Origin: a virus
Length of the DNA: 53,473 bases
Virus record (IMG/VR): IMGVR_UViG_3300012176_000002
Span: 1 to 53,473 of that record
Reading direction: 5' to 3' (one strand)
Below the pieces are notes generated by a model. That model was not told the origin of the DNA and ran no database searches. It saw nothing but the letters and a program-made list of their open reading frames with translations. Numbering within the stretch: the stretch's first letter is position 1; the number at the start of each line of letters is the position of its first letter. Both the position numbers and the translations under genes were made by a program. Positions 38,649-47,481 of the stretch are shown here, piece by piece.

Positions 38649-38942
38649 ATCGCACCTGCCTCCATTAAATTACCAATCTTCACATTGTACCTGTTCTTCT
38701 GGACTGCAAACACTCTGCCCCCATCCATTAAACCAAACTTGATCTTCATCAGTAGAACAATGTTGACATTCATAGGTTCCATAAAAACCACTGCCATATA
38801 CTTCATTTTCCTCGCCGCATACTGGGCATATTACAACCTCGCCCTTCATTCTACTTCCTCCTTTAAATCTTAATTCAATTGTCCACGCGTATGCTTCTCA
38901 TACAGGCTCCTTCTCCAATTAATCCAGTGTCAGTGATTTAGG

Positions 38943-39251
38943 TTATGTCAGGTATTCATCACACTCCAATGCAAACAATTCATCTTCCAAGAAAGCCAAT
39001 TTTCCAAACTTGTCGTTGAGTCTTTTTAACCTTTGCCACGTTGCATCTGTCCAGCCAAATCTTCGGTTGAAATCTTCAAACCATTCATCACTCCAGCCGA
39101 ATATTATACCCCATGTCCAAGCATCTCGCTGTTCTTGCTCCCAATCTCTAGCGCTAAGAGCAAGCGTATTTTTTAATGATTGCAACGGGTACTCTATATC
39201 TTTACGCATAATTTTTACCCTTCTCCTTTCTTCATGAAATGTTAGTTTCAT
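38943..39251 (-). CDS. Hypothetical phage protein
   Basis: RDW...DAWTWGIIFGW; start probably MRKDIE. Confidence 0.65.
   Translation of the reverse strand: MKLTFHEERRRVKIMRKDIEYPLQSLKNTLALSARDWEQEQRDAWTWGIIFGWSDEWFEDFNRRFGWTDATWQRLKRLNDKFGKLAFLEDELFALECDEYLT
39234..39251. repeat. Junction repeat ATGAAA-TGTTAG-TTTCAT (perfect consensus)
   Basis: Between the stop of 39260..39622 and the RBS of the next gene. Confidence 0.75.
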
Positions 39252-39259
39252 TTCTAGTG

Positions 39260-39622
39260 TCAGTAGACTAACGTAACCCGTTGTTTTCCAGTAATCCAGT
39301 AAACCATCAGCGGATCTTTTCTAATAATCCTTGTTGTTTCATCTCCAAAATGTTCTATGGCTATATATTCATCCCCATCATAATCTTTAAAAGATCCTCT
39401 TGGACTGACTTCTGATAATCGTAGATCATTATCATTATCAATGGTAATTCTTGCTCCTTCGCTTGTATGATCTACTGTGATCCTGAATTCTTTTCCCGCA
39501 TTGTTCACTACTTCAACTTTGTTCGTTTTATACGCCATTCCCCTCTCATCAGTCCGATATTCCTCATATGCTTCTGCATTCCACGCCCCGTCTTTCTCCA
39601 CCTCATATATCCAAAATGGCAT
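39260..39622 (-). CDS. Hypothetical protein
   Basis: ORF in co-oriented run. Confidence 0.55.
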   Translation of the reverse strand: MPFWIYEVEKDGAWNAEAYEEYRTDERGMAYKTNKVEVVNNAGKEFRITVDHTSEGARITIDNDNDLRLSEVSPRGSFKDYDGDEYIAIEHFGDETTRIIRKDPLMVYWITGKQRVTLVY

Positions 39623-39628
39623 TTTTCT

Positions 39629-40294
39629 TCACCACCTATCATACAATTCACGGACTGTGTAGTCGTACCACGCTTCGCCCTTAATATGTATCAATTCCTT
39701 TTTAAGATCTTTAAATAGAGAATGATAATGCATGGCGAATCCATCACCATTCTCTTTTATTTGGGAGTAAGTATAAAACCCATCTGTGATACCCAAAAGC
39801 GTAATATCATCCACCTCAAGGAAGAAATCTCTTCTTCTCATTTTTTTATGTAGGAAGTCTATACATGATTTGTTCTCCGCTAAATGCCTCTCGTATGTAT
39901 TCAATTCCCTTAAATAGATCCCGCTTGCAGCTTTAATTAGGTCTTCAGTGATCCAGATATGCTTTTCATCTTTCTGGAGTTCACACAGTTCCCTAATACT
40001 CAACTCCGTTCCTTCTTCAACAATTTCTTTCCATGCTTGATCTGATTGTATGGTTATGATCCCATATTCACAGGCTTCATGCTCCCACCACTTGGTAGCG
40101 ATTTCTACAGCCTTTGAATGGCTCCTTGTGAACTTCTTATCGCCCCACATTTCCAAGACTCTTGATGGAACCAGTAGATCTTGTGACCCGTTAAGATAAG
40201 ACCAGTAGGCATTCTCAATGGCGCTTAATAATGCCACTCTGTACTGTCCATCCTTCGTTTTTAAAATATAAATACCGTTGTCTTTGCTCATCAC
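39629..40294 (-). CDS. Hypothetical phage protein
   Basis: MSKDNGIYILKT...EYGI. Confidence 0.7.
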   Translation of the reverse strand: MMSKDNGIYILKTKDGQYRVALLSAIENAYWSYLNGSQDLLVPSRVLEMWGDKKFTRSHSKAVEIATKWWEHEACEYGIITIQSDQAWKEIVEEGTELSIRELCELQKDEKHIWITEDLIKAASGIYLRELNTYERHLAENKSCIDFLHKKMRRRDFFLEVDDITLLGITDGFYTYSQIKENGDGFAMHYHSLFKDLKKELIHIKGEAWYDYTVRELYDRW

Positions 40295-40332
40295 TTTTAC
40301 TCCTTAAATTATTATTTTTTCATTGTGAAAAC

Positions 40333-40406
40333 TGGAGCCGGTAGGATTTGAACCTACGACTTATCGTTTATGAGACGATTGCTCTAACCATCTGAACTAC
40401 GGCTCC
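40333..40406 (-). tRNA. tRNA with CAT anticodon (elongator Met or Ile2)
   Basis: GGAGCCG/CGGCTCC acceptor, ATCGT-CTCATAA-ACGAT anticodon arm, GTAGG-TTCAAAT-CCTAC T arm; no encoded CCA and no initiator features. Confidence 0.92.
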
Positions 40407-40410
40407 CTGC

Positions 40411-40482
40411 TGGCGAGATTGAACTTGAACCAACACATTTTAGGAATCAAAATCCTACGCCTTGCCATTTGGCAACACTCGA
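40411..40482 (-). tRNA. Degenerate tRNA-Gln(TTG), possible pseudogene
   Basis: Gln-type GCCAAATGGCAAGGC D arm and TAGGA-TTTTGAT-TCCTA anticodon arm; weak T stem and a shortened acceptor 3' strand. Confidence 0.65.
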
Positions 40483-40622
40483 AAAAACCAATATTTTGTT
40501 GTTTTTTGCTACGAATACTTTTGGGGATTGTAATGCTTCGAAGTTGTATGCTTGACTGAACTCGATAGAATTGATATACTATAAGAGCGTGGAGTTCTCC
40601 GCGCATCTAACTCCCTTGTGGG

Positions 40623-40682
40623 TGTTAGTCAGTGTTCGATGGATACAGCCGAGGTGCGCCAACACCGTTTGAGGCTGTATCC
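40623..40682 (-). promoter_or_regulatory. Bipartite RNA motif copy 2
   Basis: GGAUACAGCC..GGUG-UUGGCG-CACC..GGCUGUAUCC, then GAACACUGACUAACA. Confidence 0.65.
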
Positions 40683-40948
40683 TTTTGTTTACCTATGTAT
40701 ATTATCACCACCTTTCCTGTGGTTATATTTTGTTGGAACATTTCGTAGTGAATATCTATTCTTGTGAATACTCTTTGCGGATAAAATAATACTTTGTATT
40801 CATACAGTGTTTTGAATAGACGTTTTAATTTTTTTAAAGAAAGTGCTTTTATATTATTCCCCGGTTGATTAAGATCTATTATTGATGCAGAATTATTTAA
40901 TACGCTGTGCTTTTTTATCAAATCCTTAACAGTGGCCAAATCTTCCAT
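40625..40948 (-). CDS. Hypothetical protein under a LexA-boxed promoter
   Basis: GGAGG RBS; first ORF after the SOS-box promoter. Confidence 0.6.
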   Translation of the reverse strand: MEDLATVKDLIKKHSVLNNSASIIDLNQPGNNIKALSLKKLKRLFKTLYEYKVLFYPQRVFTRIDIHYEMFQQNITTGKVVIIYIGKQKDTASNGVGAPRLYPSNTD

Positions 40949-40977
40949 TTACTCTACCTCCAACTTGTGTTAAACTG

Positions 40978-41029
40978 ATGATATCACAAACACTCGTTCG
41001 TGTCAACCATTTTCTAGAACTTTTGTTCT
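40978..41029 (-). promoter_or_regulatory. SigA promoter with LexA (SOS/Cheo) boxes
   Basis: TTGACA (41006-41001), 17 bp, TATCAT; the spacer contains CGAACGAGTGTTTG; a second box AGAACTTTTGTTCT lies at 41016-41029. Confidence 0.8.
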
Positions 41030-41124
41030 TTTTATTTTTCTTTCAAATAATTCTAGGTTGTAAAACCCTTATTATTTGGCAGCCCATGACGAAAGTCACG
41101 GGGGTTCACTAAATACTAAGATCC

Positions 41125-42036
41125 TTAGACGTATTTAACCCAGTCTTTATATTGATTTTTGAATGAAGCAAAATTCAGATGATATCCATATTCCTCAAAA
41201 AGTGCACTATATTTTTTCCCATTCCTTGGACGACTTATCATATCATGCAGAAGATCATACTTCATCTCTCTTGATCTTTTTTTAATATGATTGAATAAAC
41301 CAGATCTTTCAAGCGCTGACTTTGTGATTTTATCATCACCAATGCAATTTGCGATCGGTCTTGACAACCAGTATCGAAATCGGGGGTATACATTCCCACT
41401 TTTTGCAACTGGAAACCTCCAGACGGAATCTGGATACATGCAATAATCAAGTTTTGTTATCCGCTGGGATGCCAATTCCACCACATCCGCAGACTTTGTA
41501 AGAAGATAAATCAGTCTATCGCTAATCTTTCTTCTGCTTCCATCTTTTAATTTTATGGTCTTTGTGGCGCGGTCGATATCCGATAATCTCATATGCATTA
41601 AATTATCCCAATTTTCCCCTGCTATATTTTCATAGCAAGATAAAATGATGGAAGAAAAATAGTATGGATTATCAGTCTTGTCCAGAGTGGTGATTATTTC
41701 CTCAAGGTATTCAGGAGATATATAATAATTTTCGTCCCTTGCTCCCCAGATCTCATATAAAAACTCATCCGGCGTGACTCTTTTATCCATCTGATTAATT
41801 TTGCACAGACCTCTTGCGCGGCACCATTCGATATACGTAAATAATTTCTTACGGTAAAGATCAAGAGTTTTTTTCGCCAACCCCTGAGTTGCCAAGTTCG
41901 CAATCTCATTAATATCCATGTTGCAAATGTCTTTACCTAGAGTTCTCTCCCATGCTTCAAATAAATCGAAGAATTCCTCGTATGAAGAGTCCCCTACAAA
42001 AGAAATAAATTCAAATTTTTGTTGTTCGTTATACAT
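41125..42036 (-). CDS. MrpR/YopR-like lysogeny master repressor (degenerate tyrosine-recombinase fold)
   Basis: MYNEQQKFEF...E...GKDIC..EI N-terminus, recombinase-like core lacking the catalytic R and HxxR, ending LERSG; has its own promoter. Confidence 0.7.
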   Translation of the reverse strand: MYNEQQKFEFISFVGDSSYEEFFDLFEAWERTLGKDICNMDINEIANLATQGLAKKTLDLYRKKLFTYIEWCRARGLCKINQMDKRVTPDEFLYEIWGARDENYYISPEYLEEIITTLDKTDNPYYFSSIILSCYENIAGENWDNLMHMRLSDIDRATKTIKLKDGSRRKISDRLIYLLTKSADVVELASQRITKLDYCMYPDSVWRFPVAKSGNVYPRFRYWLSRPIANCIGDDKITKSALERSGLFNHIKKRSREMKYDLLHDMISRPRNGKKYSALFEEYGYHLNFASFKNQYKDWVKYV

Positions 42037-42065
42037 TGCTTTTTCTCCTCCTACAACATACAACG

Positions 42066-42094
42066 AGTATATATTTTTCTAGATGTTTTGTCAA
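42066..42094 (-). promoter_or_regulatory. SigA promoter for the MrpR-like gene
   Basis: TTGACA, 17 bp, TATACT. Confidence 0.75.
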
Positions 42095-42104
42095 TAACAA
42101 AGTT

Positions 42105-42560
42105 TTAAGCTGCAAAATTGCCGTTGCTCTTAAGAGCTGCGGCTATGACGTTATTAAAGCTTTGCAGTCCTAACTTTTTAATTAGCCGCACTACCTCATT
42201 TTCTGCATTCCTGCCGAATTGGACATCAATAATACAGTGAATGCTTTCCCTAATATCCACGTTACTGATAAATCCGATGTTTTCTTTTATTCTACCTCTA
42301 TCCACGGGACAAATACTTTCGCCTAAGATTGTTGTAGAACCATCCAGTCCGTGTGATTTTGCCGTATACTCATTTAGATGAAGATGTGTCGGCAAATTGT
42401 TGTGTGTATGAGTCATAGGTATAACTGTTAATACTGGGCTGTAATTATTGCACTTATCATTAGAATATACTATAGCTGGTCTTATTCCTCCTTGTAGTTT
42501 GCTTTGAGGATTTTTTGGAAAGTCTATCCAATAAATTCCCCACTGTCTAATTGTCATCAA
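42105..42560 (-). CDS. PemK/MazF-family endoribonuclease-like protein (no adjacent antitoxin)
   Basis: GIYWIDF...QGGIRPAIVYSND..N..SP...VIPMT. Confidence 0.85.
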   Translation of the reverse strand: MMTIRQWGIYWIDFPKNPQSKLQGGIRPAIVYSNDKCNNYSPVLTVIPMTHTHNNLPTHLHLNEYTAKSHGLDGSTTILGESICPVDRGRIKENIGFISNVDIRESIHCIIDVQFGRNAENEVVRLIKKLGLQSFNNVIAAALKSNGNFAA

Positions 42561-42589
42561 ATCACTCCTTTCTGTTGGCTTTTTCTTTT

Positions 42590-42618
42590 ATTATACCACC
42601 CCTCTCGCTATTTGTCAA
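42590..42618 (-). promoter_or_regulatory. Consensus SigA promoter for the PemK/MazF-like gene
   Basis: TTGACA, 17 bp, TATAAT with extended TGn. Confidence 0.85.
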
Positions 42619-42641
42619 CAGAAATATTTTAGATTGCAAAA

Positions 42642-43406
42642 TTAATTATACTCTTGTTCGACTTCCTGCGTCCCAATATTTAATGAATTATACATCTCCT
42701 TTTCATCCTCCAGAGTCAGTCCAATATATTTGAGAGTATCTGTAATTTTACTGTGTCCTAATACGTACTGCAGCATAGTTAAAGCATGTGATTTATCTGT
42801 AGCTTTTTTATAACACCAAAAAGCGAAGGTCTTTCTGAGGCTATGGCTGCTTAAATTTTGCCTTATACCGCTCTCTTCTCCCGCTTTCTTAATGATATTC
42901 CCGATTGTTTTTCTTGTAATATTTTCTCCCTTTTTGCTGAGGAAAATATATTCATCAAGGTTTAGAATTTCTTTACAGTTCAACGATAAGAAATCCCTAT
43001 ATTCATTTAAAGCTGACATAAACGCTTCATTATATATAATGTCAACATACTTGCCGGTTTTCCTTGTTTTGTATGGCTTTATTCTTTGCTCTTTTTTGTA
43101 TTCCCAATTAGAGTCAAATACGTCTCCCCATTTTAGAGCCGATATATCAGATCCACGAATTCCAATGTTGATTCCACAAACAAATAACGCTTTGTCTCTT
43201 CTAGCCACCCTTCCATTCGTTGGTGTTTCGGCATTCTCAATTCTTTTGTCAAAATATGAGAGCATGCGGCTTATTTCTTTCTCTGTGCGGAGAGCATATA
43301 CTAAGTTGCTATTACCCTTTTGGGGAGACTTAACCACTCTTATCTTGCTATTATTGCTCTTGTTTTTCTTAAATTTTTCGGGGTACATTACTTTTTCAGC
43401 GTTCAT
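42642..43406 (-). CDS. Second tyrosine recombinase (catalytic domain only, catalytic residues intact)
   Basis: GIRGSD, KTGK, HSLRKTF, LGHS, TLKYIG. Confidence 0.9.
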   Translation of the reverse strand: MNAEKVMYPEKFKKNKSNNSKIRVVKSPQKGNSNLVYALRTEKEISRMLSYFDKRIENAETPTNGRVARRDKALFVCGINIGIRGSDISALKWGDVFDSNWEYKKEQRIKPYKTRKTGKYVDIIYNEAFMSALNEYRDFLSLNCKEILNLDEYIFLSKKGENITRKTIGNIIKKAGEESGIRQNLSSHSLRKTFAFWCYKKATDKSHALTMLQYVLGHSKITDTLKYIGLTLEDEKEMYNSLNIGTQEVEQEYN

Positions 43407-43490
43407 AATTTATCTCTCCTTTCAAAAAACTCAGCAAGAATTCCCCCGCCTCTATGTGAAGTATAGGCGGCGGGAGTATGTCACAAAATA

Positions 43491-43540
43491 TGTTAGTCAG
43501 TGTGTTCAAAGAACGTATCCGAGGTGCGCCAACACCAAGC
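43491..43540 (-). promoter_or_regulatory. Bipartite RNA motif copy 3, followed by a GC-rich hairpin (about 43441-43476)
   Basis: GGUG-UUGGCG-CACCUCGG..GAACACACUGACUAACA; shares CCGAGGTGCGCCAACACC and TGTTAGTCAGTGT with copy 2. Confidence 0.65.
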
Positions 43541-43541
43541 A

Positions 43542-43694
43542 CTACATCTTCATGATAATTGTTGCCAATTCGTTATTATCCGAATAGGTACTGGCAAAAG
43601 CATCCGCTTCTATATAAGATCCAAAATGCCTTTCGTCCAAAATTTGACTCTCAAAAGAGCCTTTCCTTATTATAACCACTGAATACCAAATCAT
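43542..43694 (-). CDS. Small hypothetical protein (50 aa, not in ORF track)
   Basis: GGAGGG RBS; MIWYSVVIIRKG...IIMKM. Confidence 0.5.
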   Translation of the reverse strand: MIWYSVVIIRKGSFESQILDERHFGSYIEADAFASTYSDNNELATIIMKM

Positions 43695-43708
43695 ATTTTT
43701 TCCCTCCA

Positions 43709-44590
43709 CTATTTGAGCAAATTCTGATTGATTGTTTCTGCCGGGCTTACACCGTACTTCTCACACATAGCCGAAAATGAGCTTAATACGGGTTTCCACT
43801 CCTCTTCTTTGATCCATTGGATGTATGGGGTACCTCCACGCATTTTAACGGCGATATGGTGCTTATACTGCAATTCCTTATATAATTCGTTCCACATGGT
43901 GGCGAATGGGATGCCCCTGATTGCCGCCAGTTTCCTAACCGCAGCGTTTAATTTTGCCCTGTCTTTCCATTCAAGGATTTCTCCGGCCAAAGCCTTGTTA
44001 TCCATTTCCAGTGCCTGAATATGGCGATTTTTGAAGTTCATCATCTTGGTTGTTGCGATCATAATCGCCTCTGTGTTGCCGGAAGCAAAAGACATGCCGA
44101 CTTCTAGGGCAAGCATCTGTTCTTCGTTGATGTCAGATATTTTTATTTCATCAGACGCCTTCTCTTCAATATTTAGAAGCTGGGAACGGACTTCCTTTGC
44201 AACTTCGGAATCTCGCAATAACATTCCTATGCGGAGGATGGCCCGGCGTGGAAGTAATGTATTGCTTTTATTATTGAAGTCAATATCACCAACCGAAAAA
44301 CCATACCGATGCACAACGGAGGTTGCAAGTTGCAACCTCCGTAAATATTCCTTCATTTTTGTTCCGTTGAAGCGTTTTAGTCCATCAGATTCTAGTTCTT
44401 CTTTATTTCTATTTACTACTGCTTTTACTGCCTCTTCTCCGACCTCATAGAACGTAGCTGTTTGTTTGATAGTGGAAAATTCAGTATTTGGAATTAAGAG
44501 TAATTCCTTTACCTTTTCCAACACATCATACCGCTCTGCTAAACTGTCTCTTAGTTCCCGATTCTTAATTAATTGCTCTTCATTAACCAT
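43709..44590 (-). CDS. Phage antirepressor-like DNA-binding protein
   Basis: ATFYEV...RNKEELESDG...RRAILRIGMLLRDSEVAKEVR. Confidence 0.7.
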   Translation of the reverse strand: MVNEEQLIKNRELRDSLAERYDVLEKVKELLLIPNTEFSTIKQTATFYEVGEEAVKAVVNRNKEELESDGLKRFNGTKMKEYLRRLQLATSVVHRYGFSVGDIDFNNKSNTLLPRRAILRIGMLLRDSEVAKEVRSQLLNIEEKASDEIKISDINEEQMLALEVGMSFASGNTEAIMIATTKMMNFKNRHIQALEMDNKALAGEILEWKDRAKLNAAVRKLAAIRGIPFATMWNELYKELQYKHHIAVKMRGGTPYIQWIKEEEWKPVLSSFSAMCEKYGVSPAETINQNLLK

Positions 44591-44720
44591 TATTAAATTC
44601 CTTTCTTTTTTTTATTTTTTATAGTTTCTGCTCTACTATCTTCAATTGACTACATGACACCCACCCCCTAAAAAATTGACTCTGTCTCTTCTTGCTCTAT
44701 ATATAAAAAAAAGATGGGAA

Positions 44721-46118
44721 TTACTCTCCATCCTTTTTCTCTACTATTTGTTTGATTTTTAATGTTTCTCTGTACTGTTGAGCTTCTGGTACTTCGACAA
44801 ACTCAGCTATCTTATCATAATTTTCTCTTATTACAGAGCGTATTTCTTCTAAACTAACATAAAAAAATTCCTTCCTACTGTTTATTAAATTTACTCTCTT
44901 ATTCTTAAATGTGTTATGTAATGACGTCTCTAAAGCCGGAGCGTCTTCTGAAAATAAAAGTGCGTGTATATCAAATTTGAAAGGAACTGACGCCCCACTT
45001 AATTCTGCTATCCTCTCATGCGGATTTAATCTTCTGGTCATGCCGATTTTGAAAACATTTTCTCCAAAAGCGCCAATGTTAGATATTATATATACGTAAC
45101 CGGCTTTTTGATTCGCTTCTCTATAATCCACATTGTATATATCTTGTTCAAGATCATCCAATATCTTTATTAACTCCAATTTTTTATTCTTTAATATATT
45201 TAACCGAGACTCTTCTTTCTCATTACAAATTTGATCTTCAAGATAATTCAGTTGATTATTATAGTGGCTCTGCTCCTTTTTAATTCGTGACCGCTCTTCC
45301 TCAATTTCCTTTAGTAAAGCCAGTTGCTCCTTTTGTTGTTCACGTATAAATCTTCTTTCTTCTTTTTCTTGCCATTTTTTATCTTCGTATTCATAACATA
45401 ATTCCAATTCCTGTAATTTCAAATTTAAATATTTTGGTGATATTTCCATTCCTGTTGTCTTATTAAGTTCTTTTAAAATTTCGGCCGATCTATTTACCTT
45501 TTGAACAATTGAATGGTAATTGTTAAACTTTACTTTAGAAATAGCATCGTCACATTCTAAGTTAAAGCAACGCAATATCTGTTTTTTGGTTTTATTTATA
45601 AACGACCTTCCCTTACTTCTACTGTTATTGACATGCCAAACATCACATCCTATAAATATAGCTTTACCATCCTTTATCATATTCCTTTGATTTTCTCTAC
45701 ATTTAATCAACCTCTCTTTATATTCTTCGGAACTTAATAGCTTGTATTTAGGTTCATAAAGCCCAAAATTTTGATAAAGAATTTTCTCATCTAGTTCGAC
45801 ATATAAAGATTTCAAATTAGATATCTCTTTAGATAAAACACTTTTTCTGTCTGCAAGTTCATTCATCATTTTTCTGTACTTCAAAATTTGTAATATGGTA
45901 ATAAATTCAAATTTAAGATATCTTCGTTGATAATTTGATAGGGAAGATTCAATTATTTGATCAGCCAATAAACACATATCATCAATTTCTCTTTTTAATA
46001 TGCGATTAATCTGAATTAGTTCTTCTATGTCCATTTCTAGAATACGGTTGCCTTGAATTAGTTCTTCTATATCCTTTTTTAATTTTCGATTTTCTTCTTT
46101 AGTTTTTCTAAAAATCAT
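44721..46118 (-). CDS. DUF4041 + T5orf172 (GIY-YIG-like) domain protein
   Basis: LRCFNLECD; AGYVYIISNIGAFGENVFKIGMTRR; SVPFKFDIHA; KEFF. RBS and promoter support a start at 46118. Confidence 0.88.
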   Translation of the reverse strand: MIFRKTKEENRKLKKDIEELIQGNRILEMDIEELIQINRILKREIDDMCLLADQIIESSLSNYQRRYLKFEFITILQILKYRKMMNELADRKSVLSKEISNLKSLYVELDEKILYQNFGLYEPKYKLLSSEEYKERLIKCRENQRNMIKDGKAIFIGCDVWHVNNSRSKGRSFINKTKKQILRCFNLECDDAISKVKFNNYHSIVQKVNRSAEILKELNKTTGMEISPKYLNLKLQELELCYEYEDKKWQEKEERRFIREQQKEQLALLKEIEEERSRIKKEQSHYNNQLNYLEDQICNEKEESRLNILKNKKLELIKILDDLEQDIYNVDYREANQKAGYVYIISNIGAFGENVFKIGMTRRLNPHERIAELSGASVPFKFDIHALLFSEDAPALETSLHNTFKNKRVNLINSRKEFFYVSLEEIRSVIRENYDKIAEFVEVPEAQQYRETLKIKQIVEKKDGE

Positions 46119-46149
46119 AAACACAGACCTCCATAACACCAATAATAGC

Positions 46150-46178
46150 ATTATACAGGTCTGTGCAAGCCGTGTCAA
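46150..46178 (-). promoter_or_regulatory. Consensus SigA promoter for the DUF4041 gene
   Basis: TTGACA, 17 bp, TATAAT. Confidence 0.8.
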
Positions 46179-46271
46179 AGGCAAGGAAATATTTTAATGC
46201 CTTTCATCGGATCAGGACTCAGTTTCTCCCCCTCTTCCTTATGAAACCCCACTTTTATTCACTCTCAACCA

Positions 46272-46619
46272 TCAAATATGGTATCCCAAAGATTCCATTG
46301 TTAAGATTAAAAAGTAGCATATTGCCGTTTCAATATCTACATTTTGCTTATCAGAAATATCTTTAACAAGGCTTTCGTCAAGTTTTCCAAGATCAAGTTC
46401 AATAGTTGGGTCTTCAAGAACGTACCATTTTCTATCTAAGTCATCATGTCCCCAAAGTTCCAAAGCAATAGATACATATTCAGCCTTAAGAATTTTCTTA
46501 TGCGTTTCAAGGCTAATAGAAAATGCTATTGCCTCTTTAGCAGATAATCCTTTTTCTTTCATAATAATTCTTATCATATCCTGTGCCGCAAAATTATCTT
46601 TCAAATTTAATTTGATCAT
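46272..46619 (-). CDS. Hypothetical protein
   Basis: ORF with AGGAG RBS. Confidence 0.65.
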   Translation of the reverse strand: MIKLNLKDNFAAQDMIRIIMKEKGLSAKEAIAFSISLETHKKILKAEYVSIALELWGHDDLDRKWYVLEDPTIELDLGKLDESLVKDISDKQNVDIETAICYFLILTMESLGYHI

Positions 46620-46685
46620 TATTGTTTTCTCCTTCTTCTTGTATCATTCTCATCCTCCGGGTTCCCATATAGTCATCAAAATCTA

Positions 46686-46886
46686 TTAACTCGTCTGAAT
46701 CGGAGCTGGCACACCAATAAGTGGACAGTCATTTCTTCGTCCTTCATCTGGGCATTTCGGCATATTGCCCAATGCTGCACACCCCGTAATGGATTCACCA
46801 TTGCTATCTAGTCCTTTGCCTCTGCACAACATACAACAAATACACTCAGCTTCATTTTTAAAATTAAGATTATAAATATATTTCAT
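46686..46886 (-). CDS. Small Cys-rich protein
   Basis: CICCMLC...RRNDCPL. Confidence 0.6.
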   Translation of the reverse strand: MKYIYNLNFKNEAECICCMLCRGKGLDSNGESITGCAALGNMPKCPDEGRRNDCPLIGVPAPIQTS

Positions 46887-47143
46887 ATTTCCTCCTTCCT
46901 CCTCTGCCCTAGTTATACCTTCCCGCCTCCCACATCTTCATGATTACTTTGATGGGGTACTTCCCTGAATCTTCACAGTATAAATCAATGTTTTTAATCG
47001 GTGGCAACGGTTTTACCGTCTTTTCTTTAATGAGTTTTGCAACTACCCCTACTAAACAAATAAAAGCTAAAATAATTTCCATTTTTATATCCTCCTTTTG
47101 GATAATATGATTATTTTTATTCTATCATTTTTAAATTCACTAA

Positions 47144-47326
47144 TCAAGATTTGGCATTTGTCAGTTTCAGAAACTCAGATTCCGGCATAGTAGACACCCC
47201 TCCAGGAGTCTTAAACGTCACATACCGCGAACCTCTGATTATCACGCTTGAAATAATCTGGTACACTTCTTTTTTCTTCACTCGTCTCCTTTCTTTACTA
47301 CCATGTGATTTGCTTTTTCTCTTCAT
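47144..47326 (-). CDS. Small basic hypothetical protein
   Basis: 60-aa ORF. Confidence 0.45.
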   Translation of the reverse strand: MKRKSKSHGSKERRRVKKKEVYQIISSVIIRGSRYVTFKTPGGVSTMPESEFLKLTNAKS

Positions 47327-47481
47327 AATAGGAATTGAATTCTGAAATCGAATCCTTCAATTCTCCGGGATCGCAGCTCATTTTGATTCCATCCCGTTCC
47401 AATAAATAATAGCCGCTGCAATGAGTGATATTAACATCCCCTCTTAACATTTTTATTCTTTCATCCTCCTATTCAAGTAAT

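Noticed and set aside
40333-40406. Phage initiator tRNA explaining the ATT/ATA starts
   Set aside because: It has a paired G1-C72 and lacks the three consecutive G-C pairs in the anticodon stem, so it is not an initiator tRNA.
40397-40606. 69-aa ORF
   Set aside because: It overlaps the tRNA genes and has no good RBS.
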